From positions 12,672 to 76,671 of the forward strand of contig CAIMVG010000008.1 in the NCBI GenBank assembly GCA_903844845.1: a stretch of 64,000 nt of DNA. Reading direction: 5' to 3'. Source of the stretch: an uncultured Dehalococcoidia bacterium. Its GTDB lineage: Bacteria; Chloroflexota; Dehalococcoidia; Dehalococcoidales; UBA1222. The notes under the pieces are model-generated. The model made no database searches, was not told the DNA's origin, and worked only from the letters and a program-made list of their open reading frames with translations. Shown one piece after another: positions 31,734 to 41,591 of this stretch. Position 1 is the first letter of the stretch, and each line of letters begins with the position of its first letter. The translations under genes were made by a program, and so were the position numbers.

Positions 31734-34385
31734 GTGTATCCGTTGGCTGAACCTTCGAATACAGATGTAAATCAAAGGCCCGGTTCAAAAACCGTGCGCA
31801 AGGTATTTTTAACTTCAGGCGCGGGGATATTAGTCCTGGGTGGCATCTTGCTTACCAGACTCCAAGGTTACCTGTTGTTTCACGGCGTCGCGGAAGTATT
31901 CAGCATCGTAATCGCCTGTGCCGTTTTCATCTATGCGTGGAATGCCCGCAAACTTCTGCACAACAGTTATCTTATGGTAATCGGTATTTCGTTTGTATGC
32001 TACAGCCTAATCGCGCTGGTTCACACTTTGTCATTCAAGGGCATGGGCGTATTCCCGGCCAATTCCGCCAACCTGCCGACACAGCTTTGGATAGCCGGGC
32101 GTTATCTGCTGGCTGTCAGCTTCCTGGCAGCCCCCTCTGTTGCAGGAAAATCTGTCAAGCCCTGGGCCATCTTTGCAGTATATTCCATCGTTACTTCGCT
32201 GGTGTTTTTGTCGATTTTTCACTGGCACATATTCCCTGCCTGTTATGTCGATGGAAAAGGTTTGACGCAGTTCAAGATCTACAGCGAGTATATTATCTCG
32301 GCTGTTTTCCTTCTCTCTATCCTGGCCTTGTTCAGGAAACGCACCATTTTTGAAACAAGCATATTCTGGCTGATAGTGACTGCCATATTCGTTACCATAT
32401 CTTCCGAAATAGCTTTCACCCGTTATGTCGGGGTTTACAGTTCTGCGAATCTGATTGGGCACCTGTTGAATATCGTGGCCTTTTATCTGTTTTACGAAGC
32501 CATATTGGTCACCGGTTTCCAGACGCCCATCGATACGCTCTTCAAAGACAAGAATCAAGCTATCGAAAAACTGAATGAGAGCAACGATTGGTTGCGTCAG
32601 AGTAATGCAAAACTTGATCTTGCATTGCATTCTGCCCACATGGGTGTGTGGCAATGGGATATTGTTACCGGAAAGCGCACTTTCGATGTCCATACCTGTG
32701 CTATGTTGGGACTGGATCCTGCGAAATTCAGCGGTGAAGCTGCTGAATTTTTTGCGGTAATTCATCCGGATGATCGTCAAAATATCAAAGCTGCTCTGGA
32801 ACGCGCCATCAAAGAGGGAGTGATGTACGAGTCTGACTATCGCGCGGTCTGGCCCGACGGCAGCATACATTATATATCTTCCCGCGGACGCCCAGTGCGT
32901 GACAAAGAGGGGGTTCCTCGAAGCATTAGTGGCATCGCCTGGGACATCACCGGCAGCAAGCATACCGAAGAAATGTTACGGGATAGCCAAGAACGCTTTC
33001 GCTACGTTTTGGAAAACGTTCTGGATGCTGTCTGGTCTGCCAATCTATCGGGGCGATACGAGTTTTTGAGCCCGCGTATGGCGGATATCTACGGTCTACC
33101 GATAACGGAGATGACAAATAATTCGAACTTCTGGCTCGAGGCCGTCTACCCGGAGGATAAAGCTTTAGTTTCCCCTTCCGCCAAGGCTCTTTTTAGGGAT
33201 GGTCGCGTTGAAATTGAATATCGCATCATTCTTCCGGGCGGTACGGTAAAATGGATCCTTGATCGTAAAACTCTTGTTCGAAACACACGCGGAGAACCAT
33301 CGGGAATGGCTGGCATTGTATCGGACATCACCAAACGCAAGCAGGCCGAAGATATACTGCGAACGAGCCAGGAACGCTTTCAAGAGGTGCTGGATAATTC
33401 GCAGGATGCGGCTTATAAACGCAGCCTGACGAGCAACTCTTATGAATATTTAAGCCCTGTTTTCGCCAAAATCACCGGCTTTACGCCGAACGAGATGAAT
33501 GTTCTGCCGGTTGAATCGGTAGTGGAGTTAATGCACCCTGATGACCGGGCGAATGTCGAAAGCTCACTCGGCCATGCCATTGCCAATGCCCATGGCACAG
33601 CATACACAACCGAGTATCGTTTCAAGCGCAAAGACGGGCAATACTGCTGGCTTCAGGATAGCTTTACTGTTATGGGAGATGCGAATGGAAAGCCCTTGGC
33701 GCTTATCGGGAGCGTAAGCGACATCACAGTGCGCAAGCAGTCCGAGGAGAAAATCAAGGCTTCGTTGGCCGAAAAGGAAGTGCTCCTCAAGGAAATCCAC
33801 CACCGCGTCAAGAACAACATGCAGGTCATCTCGAGTTTGCTACGTATGCAGTCCGGTTTCCTCAAGGACGCAGACGATAAACGCATGTTCCAGGAAAGCC
33901 AGGAACGCATCCAGTCCATGTCTCTCGTTTATAACAAGCTCTACCAGTCTGAAAACCTTGCCAGCATCAGCTTCGGAGGATACGTCGATGACCTGGTGGG
34001 CAACCTGATAAAGTCCCATAATTCCAGGGATGTGCCTCCCCGTGTGCTTATAGATATTGATGGTATCGAGCTTTCTCTGGACTTCGCCATACCCTGCGGT
34101 CTCATCATCAACGAGGTTGTCACCAACGCTCTGAAATACGCTTTCCCGCAGGGACAGGTGGGCCAGATCCACATCATCATCCGTCAGAAAGAAGACCGCA
34201 TCGAGATGTCTCTTGGGGATGACGGCATAGGTCTGCCCGAGGGTTTAACCATCGGCAGTACCAAATCGCTGGGTATGGTGCTCATTCAGACCCTTGCCGT
34301 GCATCAGTTGGGCGGGACACTTGAATTAAAGCGGGAGAAAGGCACGGAGTACTGCATCAATTTCCCGCTGGTATTTGAGGGGTAG
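31734..34385 (+). CDS. Membrane sensor histidine kinase (polytopic N-domain, 3 PAS, HisKA_2, HATPase_c)
   Basis: 7-8 TM helices. PAS modules closed by DIT..K. H-box [17 protein letters not shown]. GTG start (a TTG at 31743 is also possible). Confidence 0.9.
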   Translation: [883 protein letters not shown]

Positions 34386-34602
34386 GACATTGTCCAAACT
34401 TCCGAATCAAACGCATTCGGTCAGGAAGAGGGGATTCCTTCAAAGCTGACCGTGAGTGCTGCGAGCTATCTTCCAATAAAATTGACAGACATGTAACGGC
34501 AGATATTCTGATGCTTTATTCCAGGTTATAGTCACGAAGCTTTTGTGATGTTATACTCTGATTGTTTAGTGGTACCAGATCTGGAAGAAGCATTGAAAAG
34601 TA

Positions 34603-34815
34603 ATGAAATTTAGCGAATTGGTTCGGCTTCTCGAACGTAATGGATTTGAGATCGTTAAAGAGAAAGGCTCGATTCGTTACTACGGGAAAAGCGATTGTGA
34701 TAAGCTGGTTCGTATAGATTATCATGGTTCTAAAAAAATACCGACCGGGACTTCGAACGCGATATTGAAGGCTGCAGGCTTGAAACGTGAAGGTGGAGAG
34801 AAAGCGAATGATTGA
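34603..34815 (+). CDS. hicA: HicA-family toxin homologue
   Basis: MKFSELVRLLERNGFEIVKEKGS...ILKAAGLK (YcfA/HicA fold). The usual GSH His is Ile here (KGSIRYY). Confidence 0.75.
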   Translation: MKFSELVRLLERNGFEIVKEKGSIRYYGKSDCDKLVRIDYHGSKKIPTGTSNAILKAAGLKREGGEKAND

Positions 34816-35050
34816 TATAAAATATTCCCTGATAGTTGAAGCCACTGAAGATCCTTCATTCTTTTCTTTCTATTCGCCGGATCTAGAAGGATTTACCGGA
34901 GTCGGTAGCTCTGTTGAAGATTGCCTCTATAAAGCTAAATGGGGGATGGAAGAACACATCACTCTACTTAAATCACGCAAAATACCGGTACCGACGAGAA
35001 GCCCCAATCCAACTGTCACGATAAAAAATACAACCTTCTCAGCGGTCTAG
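34808..35050 (+). CDS. hicB: HicB-family antitoxin homologue (no obvious C-terminal DNA-binding domain)
   Basis: YSLIVEATEDPSFFSFYSPDLEGFTGVGSSVEDCLYKAKWGMEEHI. The ATG at 34808 overlaps hicA by 8 nt. Confidence 0.7.
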   Translation: MIDIKYSLIVEATEDPSFFSFYSPDLEGFTGVGSSVEDCLYKAKWGMEEHITLLKSRKIPVPTRSPNPTVTIKNTTFSAV

Positions 35051-35332
35051 GTCGTTTGCGCCCCGGTTCAGTTTCTGGCAGATGGGGACTGACTGCTGAT
35101 TTCCTTTCCCACCGCCCTCCCCCTAGTTCTGAAACCTGACCGCTTATTGCCCTCACACATCCCTCTCCTCCCGACAAAACCCCCGGTATGTTCTTCCCAC
35201 CAGCTGATACTCCACTTTTTATTCATATCAACCTCCAGGATACCGAACAGTCCGAATACTTACCCTGATAGCTATATTATACCAACACCAGTTATACTGT
35301 CCTACATTCATCAGGGACAACAGGAGCGGTAA

Positions 35333-35929
35333 ATGAGTAAACGAGTACAAATTTCGGTATTTGGCGCAATCGCAATTGGCACACTTCTGTTGAGCAGCAT
35401 CAATCTTTCTGCCGTCACATTCACGACTTCGACAGGGCCACCTATCACCAGCCAGCATGGCGCTGCCGGGTTTACGACACCCACCGATACAACGCCCCCG
35501 CCGTCATCGACAGTGCCGCCTCCCGCTACAACTACAACCGCTGCTCCCGCTACAACGGCTGCTCCCACTACAACTGCGGTGCCAACCGCTGCGACGGTAA
35601 CCCAGACCATAACAATACCTGTTACAACCACTGCGACGGTGACACTGACCGTAACTATGCCCGTGACAACCACTGCGATGGCGACACAGACGACAACTAT
35701 GTCTGTGACGACCACAACCACCGTGATTTCCACATCAACTATTTACACACCGGTGACGGCCGTTGTGACACTGCCCGTAACAAAGGTCATGACCGAAGTT
35801 ACGACGATCACATCCAAGCCCAATAATGGAACTTCACTGACGCCATTTCTTTCTATAGCAATTATTCTTCTGATATTGGCATTTGCAGTATCAACTCGGC
35901 TTATTCTGAAACGCTCGAACAAAAAATAA
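35333..35929 (+). CDS. Thr-rich surface protein with N-terminal signal and C-terminal TM anchor plus basic tail
   Basis: Signal-like N-terminus. About 110 aa of T/A/V/P repeats. C-terminal LSIAIILLILAFAVSTRLILKRSNKK. Confidence 0.65.
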   Translation: MSKRVQISVFGAIAIGTLLLSSINLSAVTFTTSTGPPITSQHGAAGFTTPTDTTPPPSSTVPPPATTTTAAPATTAAPTTTAVPTAATVTQTITIPVTTTATVTLTVTMPVTTTAMATQTTTMSVTTTTTVISTSTIYTPVTAVVTLPVTKVMTEVTTITSKPNNGTSLTPFLSIAIILLILAFAVSTRLILKRSNKK

Positions 35930-36066
35930 CAGACCTGAACCGTAATGGATCTATGCCGAAACAGACCTTTGACCAGGCGGTGGCGGCAACAATTATCGGA
36001 TCAAGCCGGAGACGCGGCTAGAATACCACTTATCGACAAACACACAAAGAATCCCAGCTAAACAAC

Positions 36067-36098
36067 ACAGCGCCCACTGCTAATGTAGTGGGCGCTGT
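36067..36098. terminator. Perfect 12-bp stem hairpin
   Basis: ACAGCGCCCACT-GCTAATGT-AGTGGGCGCTGT. Abuts the stop of the unassigned minus-strand ORF 36099-36320. Confidence 0.4.
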
Positions 36099-36420
36099 CT
36101 ATATGTTTACCCGAAGCCTGATAGTATGAAAAAACATAATTCCTGAAAATCCAAACACGAGATCCGTATCAACTGAATTACCAACGGCAATCCCCTGCAG
36201 GTCGGGCTGACGATGTCTATGATTGCCAGTGGCAAATCCGGGTAATAAAACACCCTCGAGTTTCAACCCTTGCGCTTTCGTGCCTTGCAATTTCATCGTA
36301 AAAAGGAACGAGTATGCCAAGCGGGTTTTTCTGTCGCAATCCGATAACAGTGACGGGCCCCGCTAAATACATGGCCCCGTGGGCGACAAGCCCGTAAAGG
36401 CTAACCTGACGTGTAAGGTG

Positions 36421-36597
36421 GATGGGGAACGGGATTGCCGCGCTACGCTCGCAATGACAACGACGATGAGGACCGGGATTGTCGGGTCAAGTCCGACAAT
36501 GACAACGACGATAAGGGACGGGATTGCCGGGCCAAGTCCGACAATGACAACGACGATGGGGAACGGGATTGCCGCGCTACGCCCGCAATGACAACGG
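36421..36597. repeat. Four contiguous 43-45-nt tandem hairpin repeats ending in AATGACAACG
   Basis: Units at 36421-36464, 36465-36509, 36510-36554 and 36555-36597. Units 1 and 4 carry GGGATTGCCGCGCTACGC(T/C)CGCAATGACAACG. Units 2 and 3 carry GGGATTG(T/C)CGGG(T/C)CAAGTCCGACAATGACAACG. ATTGTCGG/CCGACAAT forms a perfect inverted repeat. Confidence 0.75.
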
Positions 36598-36790
36598 TGG
36601 AGATCAGTTCATGTTTTCAGTTTCAACAGCGGCGCCAAGCAGGACCTCCTCCAGGCAATTCCAAAGGATGGCGTCATTAAACGGCTTTTGGATGTACCCG
36701 CAGGGTTTGGTACCTGCGGCCTACCGTACTCCAGCCAGCCAAAACGGCACCTGGCTAAAAGTAGCAAAATCGGATGCTGTATGATGTTAA

Positions 36791-37741
36791 TTGAATGGGA
36801 TGGTTATGACGATAAAATTAAAAACTGCTTTCCTGGCGATTCTTTGCATCGTAATATCTATGGGCGCATGCAGAGCCACAACCAACACGGGCCCAAATAC
36901 GCCTTCGACAACTGCACCCGCGTATATTTCTAAACTGGGAAGCATTGAAAAAAACTTGTCCTATAGCAATACGGACTTTATCAACCTCAAGTTGGATATA
37001 TATTATCCACAGACAGCCCCGGGGCCCATGCCAGTTGTGATATACCTTCACGGAGGCGCCTGGATCGGAGGCGACAAGTCGGATGCGGCCGCCTCTCCTG
37101 AAATAGCCGAAATGGTCAAAAGAGGTTTTCTCGTTGCAGCCGTTAACTACGGTCTGGCGCCGCAATATACGATAACAGGCCAGGTAGAAAACGCTAAATG
37201 CGCGGTGCGTTTTCTGCGGGCCAACTCTGCATATTTTGGCATCAACCCGGACAAAATAGGCGCCTTCGGTGACAGCGCCGGCGGGCACCTGGCCTCCTTG
37301 CTTGGGACTTCCGATAAAAGTGCAGGGATGGATGTTGCAGGCGGTTTTCTGGGCCAATCCAGCCGCGTTCAGTGTGTGGTGGACTTCTATGGCCCAACGG
37401 ACCTGAGAGCCCTGTTCAACGGATACCCGGCCATCGTCCTTCAAGAGTTGGTCGGCGTTTCTGACCCCAAATCAGGGATCCTGGACAAAATCAACCCCTT
37501 GAATTATGTTTCCACCGATGATCCGCCTTTCCTGATCCTGCATGGAGACAAGGACACCGTAGTGCCACTAAGCCAATCGCAGTTGCTCTATCAAAGCCTG
37601 ATAGCGGCCGGTGTCCCGGCAACCCTGGTGGTGGTGAAAAACGGAGATCATGGTTTTGGGCCGGTAGGGGGCCCGATATCGCCTACCCGGACAGAAATAA
37701 CCGCAAACGCAGCTGATTTTTTTGAAAGCCACCTCCAATAA
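36791..37741 (+). CDS. Alpha/beta-hydrolase fold-3 esterase/lipase lipoprotein
   Basis: Lipobox ISMGAC. HGGAW oxyanion motif. GDSAGG nucleophile elbow. Confidence 0.85.
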   Translation: MNGMVMTIKLKTAFLAILCIVISMGACRATTNTGPNTPSTTAPAYISKLGSIEKNLSYSNTDFINLKLDIYYPQTAPGPMPVVIYLHGGAWIGGDKSDAAASPEIAEMVKRGFLVAAVNYGLAPQYTITGQVENAKCAVRFLRANSAYFGINPDKIGAFGDSAGGHLASLLGTSDKSAGMDVAGGFLGQSSRVQCVVDFYGPTDLRALFNGYPAIVLQELVGVSDPKSGILDKINPLNYVSTDDPPFLILHGDKDTVVPLSQSQLLYQSLIAAGVPATLVVVKNGDHGFGPVGGPISPTRTEITANAADFFESHLQ

Positions 37742-37825
37742 AGGTATGCGTACGTTCAGAGTAACCAGGTTGAAAGGAAACGTTATGACAACCGGATCCC
37801 AAATATCATTATGGCGGGACATTAA

Positions 37826-38659
37826 ATGACGGTCAGAATCGTAACCGACAGCACTTCAGACATACCATCGTCTTTGATCGGGGAACTGGGCATCAAGGTG
37901 GTCCCGGTCATCGTACGTTTTGGCAAACAGGAATTCCGGTCCGGGATCGACCTGACCCCGCAGGAGTTTTACACAAGGCTGGCGTCAGAGATACATCCGC
38001 ATACTTCACAGCCCGCACCCGAGGATTTTGCAAAGGTATTCCGGGAACCAGGCCCCGATTGCGAAGGTATAATCTGCGTCAACATATCTGCCAAATTGTC
38101 GGGCGCAGTCAATTCGGCCAACCAGGGGAAAATACTGGCAGAAGGCAAATGCCCAATCGAGGTCGTCGACTCCCGTTTTAACTCCATCGGTTTGGGGATC
38201 ATCGTTATCAAGGCAGCGAAACTGGCCAGAAGCGGAGCCAGCCTGCCGCAAATAGTCGACGCGGTCAAGTCGGATATCGAAAAGATAAGGATGCTGGGCA
38301 TCTTCGACACCATGAAATACCTGGTCCGGGGCGGAAGGGTGAGCCTTATCAGGGCGAGCGCGGCCCGAATCTTAAATGTTAAACCTATGCTCACGTTCCG
38401 TGACGGCGAGGTGGCCCAGGCAGGGCTGGTGCGTTCCTACGACAAGGGGATCAGCAAGATAGTCGACTTCGTCAGAAATCAGGGGAAAATCCTGGACCTG
38501 GCCATAGCCCATAGCATGGTGCCGGAAAGGGCAGCAGAATTGAAATCCAGGCTGGGAGAATTGTTTCCGGCGGATAACATCCTTGTCACCGAACTCGGGC
38601 CTGCACTGGGCGTACACGGCGGCCCGGGCGTGCTCCTGGTGGCTTTGCGCAAGGATTAA
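37826..38659 (+). CDS. DegV-family fatty-acid-binding protein
   Basis: VRIVTDSTSDIP N-terminus. 277 aa. Confidence 0.85.
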   Translation: MTVRIVTDSTSDIPSSLIGELGIKVVPVIVRFGKQEFRSGIDLTPQEFYTRLASEIHPHTSQPAPEDFAKVFREPGPDCEGIICVNISAKLSGAVNSANQGKILAEGKCPIEVVDSRFNSIGLGIIVIKAAKLARSGASLPQIVDAVKSDIEKIRMLGIFDTMKYLVRGGRVSLIRASAARILNVKPMLTFRDGEVAQAGLVRSYDKGISKIVDFVRNQGKILDLAIAHSMVPERAAELKSRLGELFPADNILVTELGPALGVHGGPGVLLVALRKD

Positions 38660-38682
38660 CCGGGATATAAGGAGGTAACCCA

Positions 38683-39231
38683 ATGTCCATCGAAAGCCCG
38701 AAATACAAAGTAGTCGAGCGCGATAACAAATTCGAGATCCGGGATTATTCAAAATATATCGCGGCAGAAGTCGATGTGGAGGCCGGATACAACGACGCTC
38801 TGAATACGGGATTCGGGATACTGGCAGGTTACATCTTCGGGGGCAACAGCGCCAGGGCCAGCATCGCCATGACTGCTCCGGTAACAGAAAAATCGGAGAA
38901 AATCCCGATGACCAAGCCGGTTTCAGCCTATCACAAGCAGGGGCAGGTCTATACAATCAGCTTCAGTATGCCCCGTAAATACTCGCTGGATACCCTGCCG
39001 CAACCGAATGACGCAAATATCCGTCTCAGGGAGGTCCCTGCCGCCAGGGTGGCTGCCCTGAGGTTTTCCGGCAGCCTGAACGAGAGACTGGTAACAAAGA
39101 AAACCTCTGAATTGACGGAATGGCTGAAACAGAAAAACCTGCATCCCAAGTCAACCGTAGCTTCATGCCAGTATAATCCTCCGTGGATACCCGGCCCTTT
39201 CAGAACAAACGAGGTCATGGTCAACATCTGA
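38683..39231 (+). CDS. SOUL/HEBP haem-binding family protein
   Basis: IESPKYKVVERDNKFEIRDY... over the full 182 aa. Confidence 0.75.
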   Translation: MSIESPKYKVVERDNKFEIRDYSKYIAAEVDVEAGYNDALNTGFGILAGYIFGGNSARASIAMTAPVTEKSEKIPMTKPVSAYHKQGQVYTISFSMPRKYSLDTLPQPNDANIRLREVPAARVAALRFSGSLNERLVTKKTSELTEWLKQKNLHPKSTVASCQYNPPWIPGPFRTNEVMVNI

Positions 39232-39310
39232 TCTATCATCATTGCAGAAAAGGCGCGGCATATCCAGGCAAGAACAAAGTGATTATGGAATCAGACGTTT
39301 GAGGTTCAAA

Positions 39311-40111
39311 ATGAAAGAAGCAACACCCCTGGAAAAACTAATATCATTGCAAGGCAGAACCGCTATAGTTACCGGCGCGGCCGCAGGGATAGGACGGGCT
39401 ATAGCCACCAGATTTGCCGAGGCAGGCGCGGACCTGGAACTGGTGGATATCAACCTGAAAGGGCTTGAAAACCTGAAGCAGGAATTGTCGAAAATGGGCC
39501 GCAGCATCAACCTCTACCAATTCGATATGTCTGTCAGTGAAAACATAACTGCGCTCTGGCAAAAATGGCAAGACGCACCACCTGATATCCTGGTAAACAA
39601 CGTGGGCATATATCCGCCCCAGGATTTTCTGACGCTGGAACACAGCGTGTGGCAAAAAGTGATGGACACCAACCTGAACTCAACCCAGCACATGTGCCGT
39701 TACATGCTCAAATCCAGGGGAAATAAAGGCGGGGTGATAATCAACCTGGGATCCATCGAAGCCATCCTGCCCTTTGCCGATGACCTGGCACATTACGACG
39801 TAAGCAAGGCTGGCATCATCGCTTTAACCAGGGCACTGGCCAAGGAATTCGGCAAAAAAGGCTTTAAGATCAATGCCATCCTGCCCGGAGGGATCGATAC
39901 CCCGGGCACCCAGGCGGTGGCAGCCCGCATACTGACCAAATTTGACGTCGGCCTTATCCCAAGCGGTATAAAATACCTGAGCAGGATACCGTTAGGCAGG
40001 CGCGGCCAGGCGGATGAGGTGGCACGCATAGCGCTTTTCCTGGCATGCGACCTATCGTCTTACGTCCAGGGGGCATTGATCCCTGCAGACGGGGGCTTTT
40101 TATCCAGTTGA
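39311..40111 (+). CDS. Short-chain dehydrogenase/reductase (SDR)
   Basis: TGAAAGIGRA Rossmann motif. Catalytic YDVSKAG. ATG at 39311 is 6 nt after GAGG. Confidence 0.85.
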   Translation: MKEATPLEKLISLQGRTAIVTGAAAGIGRAIATRFAEAGADLELVDINLKGLENLKQELSKMGRSINLYQFDMSVSENITALWQKWQDAPPDILVNNVGIYPPQDFLTLEHSVWQKVMDTNLNSTQHMCRYMLKSRGNKGGVIINLGSIEAILPFADDLAHYDVSKAGIIALTRALAKEFGKKGFKINAILPGGIDTPGTQAVAARILTKFDVGLIPSGIKYLSRIPLGRRGQADEVARIALFLACDLSSYVQGALIPADGGFLSS

Positions 40112-40145
40112 GCGCTGTAAAAGACTTCAGGTTTAAGGAGGGAGC

Positions 40146-40676
40146 ATGAACGCTACAAGGCTGGTCCTGCTGATAATCAATATCATCGGCGGAGCCGCGG
40201 TATTGGGAAGCTATATACTGGGCCTAAAGACCCACTCCGGAGGCGCCGATGTGCTCTGGGGGGGTACACCCCAACGCATACGTTCCGCCTACGGTTTCTC
40301 GATGATACTGTCCGCCGTCGGATACCTTGCTTTTGCCTATTTCATCATCTTCAGGCTTGACCCCGCCAATACCCTGATAGCGGGAAAAACGGATTATGGC
40401 ATTTTCCCCCTTCTTTTCGTGTTGATCCTGTCCGCCTCGGCGTTGTGGATGCCCCTGACATATGTTTATATCGGGCATTCCACAGCGGCATTATGGGTCG
40501 GAATCCGCATCGTCCTTTTGACAGTGGGGATATCATCCTGCGCCCTGGTCTGGGCGCTGCTCAACCTTAAAAACGGAGAGGGTTATACATACTGGCTGGC
40601 GGTTAGCGGCGCAGCCTATTTTGCCTTCCATACCCTGGTTTTAGACGCTTTGACCTGGCCGGCGCTGTTCCGTTAG
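40146..40676 (+). CDS. Polytopic membrane protein, unknown function
   Basis: GGAGGGAG RBS. 5-6 hydrophobic helices. Confidence 0.6.
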   Translation: MNATRLVLLIINIIGGAAVLGSYILGLKTHSGGADVLWGGTPQRIRSAYGFSMILSAVGYLAFAYFIIFRLDPANTLIAGKTDYGIFPLLFVLILSASALWMPLTYVYIGHSTAALWVGIRIVLLTVGISSCALVWALLNLKNGEGYTYWLAVSGAAYFAFHTLVLDALTWPALFR

Positions 40677-40767
40677 CCCGCACCGGACGCTCTCAATTTC
40701 ACCATAAAACAAGGCCGGCTCCTTTTACGGAAGCCGGCCTGCTTCTTACCTGGACTTATTGTTCAGC

Positions 40768-41535
40768 CTACTTGATAACCAGCACGGGGAAAAAGATCTG
40801 CCAGGCCAATAGCGCCTTGGCGGTCAGGCTGAGGATGATATACACCTTTTCACCGAAGAGATAATCGCGCCAAGGCCCCACCTTTTTGTACTGCAAGATC
40901 ATATTGACGGCGAAGCAGTTGAAGAAGATGAAGAGCGAGATGATGATGCCGTAGACGAATCCGGGAGGCGATACGTTCAGGCCCGGAGCGATAGTGTAGA
41001 TGACGACCGCCACCCAGGGGATGGCCCCGGCGAAGCAGCCCATCCAGAAGGGCAGAAGGTTTTTGTTGCCCGGCTTCTCATATTTCTCCTGCAGAGCGCC
41101 AAAGAGTATCATGCTGGCGTTGACTCCGAAGATGCCCAGCAGGGCGGCGATATCGCTGATGCCCACGATCTGGGAGATGAGCACTATCATCAAAGACGAA
41201 CTGAAGAAATACTCTATCCAGCGCCCGTAGTTGCGGCTCTCCAGCAGGTTTCGCTTGTACCAGGGGAAAACCCAGGGAGAGGCGATGCTCAATAAGGCCA
41301 GGGCCGATATGGTCAGGAAGGCGAAAACGCCCCAGCCGGTGGCGATATTGAATAACTGGTGAAGCGCAGGAGCAGTGCCGGGAGGCCCGGCCATGAAGGT
41401 GGCGGTCACCGGCAGGGAGAAATTGTTGGTGAGTACGGCGATCATGACCGCTTGAACGGCGAGTATCAAACCGACCACGATGTTCCAGACACGCAACTTC
41501 TTGACTTGCTTTTCTACAGATTGATCAACATCCAT
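40768..41535 (-). CDS. Heliorhodopsin
   Basis: Collinear with heliorhodopsin 48C12 as I remember it: RWIEYFFSSS (counter-ion Glu), FGVNASMILFGALQEKY, LLPFWMGC, PGFVYGIIISLF, and the Schiff-base Lys in ILSLTAKALLAWQIF. ATG at 41535 is 6 nt after AAGGAGGG. Confidence 0.9.
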   Translation of the reverse strand: MDVDQSVEKQVKKLRVWNIVVGLILAVQAVMIAVLTNNFSLPVTATFMAGPPGTAPALHQLFNIATGWGVFAFLTISALALLSIASPWVFPWYKRNLLESRNYGRWIEYFFSSSLMIVLISQIVGISDIAALLGIFGVNASMILFGALQEKYEKPGNKNLLPFWMGCFAGAIPWVAVVIYTIAPGLNVSPPGFVYGIIISLFIFFNCFAVNMILQYKKVGPWRDYLFGEKVYIILSLTAKALLAWQIFFPVLVIK

Positions 41536-41591
41536 ACTTTTCCCTCCTTTTGACGAAACTCTACCACACATTGAAACATTTTATATCGGAA

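Noticed and set aside
36099-36320. 73-aa minus-strand ORF with a TTG start, ending right at a perfect hairpin.
   Set aside because: No recognisable motif and no convincing RBS. The hairpin alone is not enough to call a gene, so I left it unannotated.
36421-36597. Possible CRISPR array.
   Set aside because: The units are contiguous with no unique spacers. There are only four copies of two alternating types, and no cas genes are in the window. It is a tandem hairpin repeat, not a CRISPR array.
36379-36784. ORFs 36379-36591, 36435-36680 and 36569-36784, with repetitive translations such as DCRATLAMTTT and PRYARNDNDD.
   Set aside because: All three frames are open only because of the tandem repeat. 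The translations are repeat artefacts.
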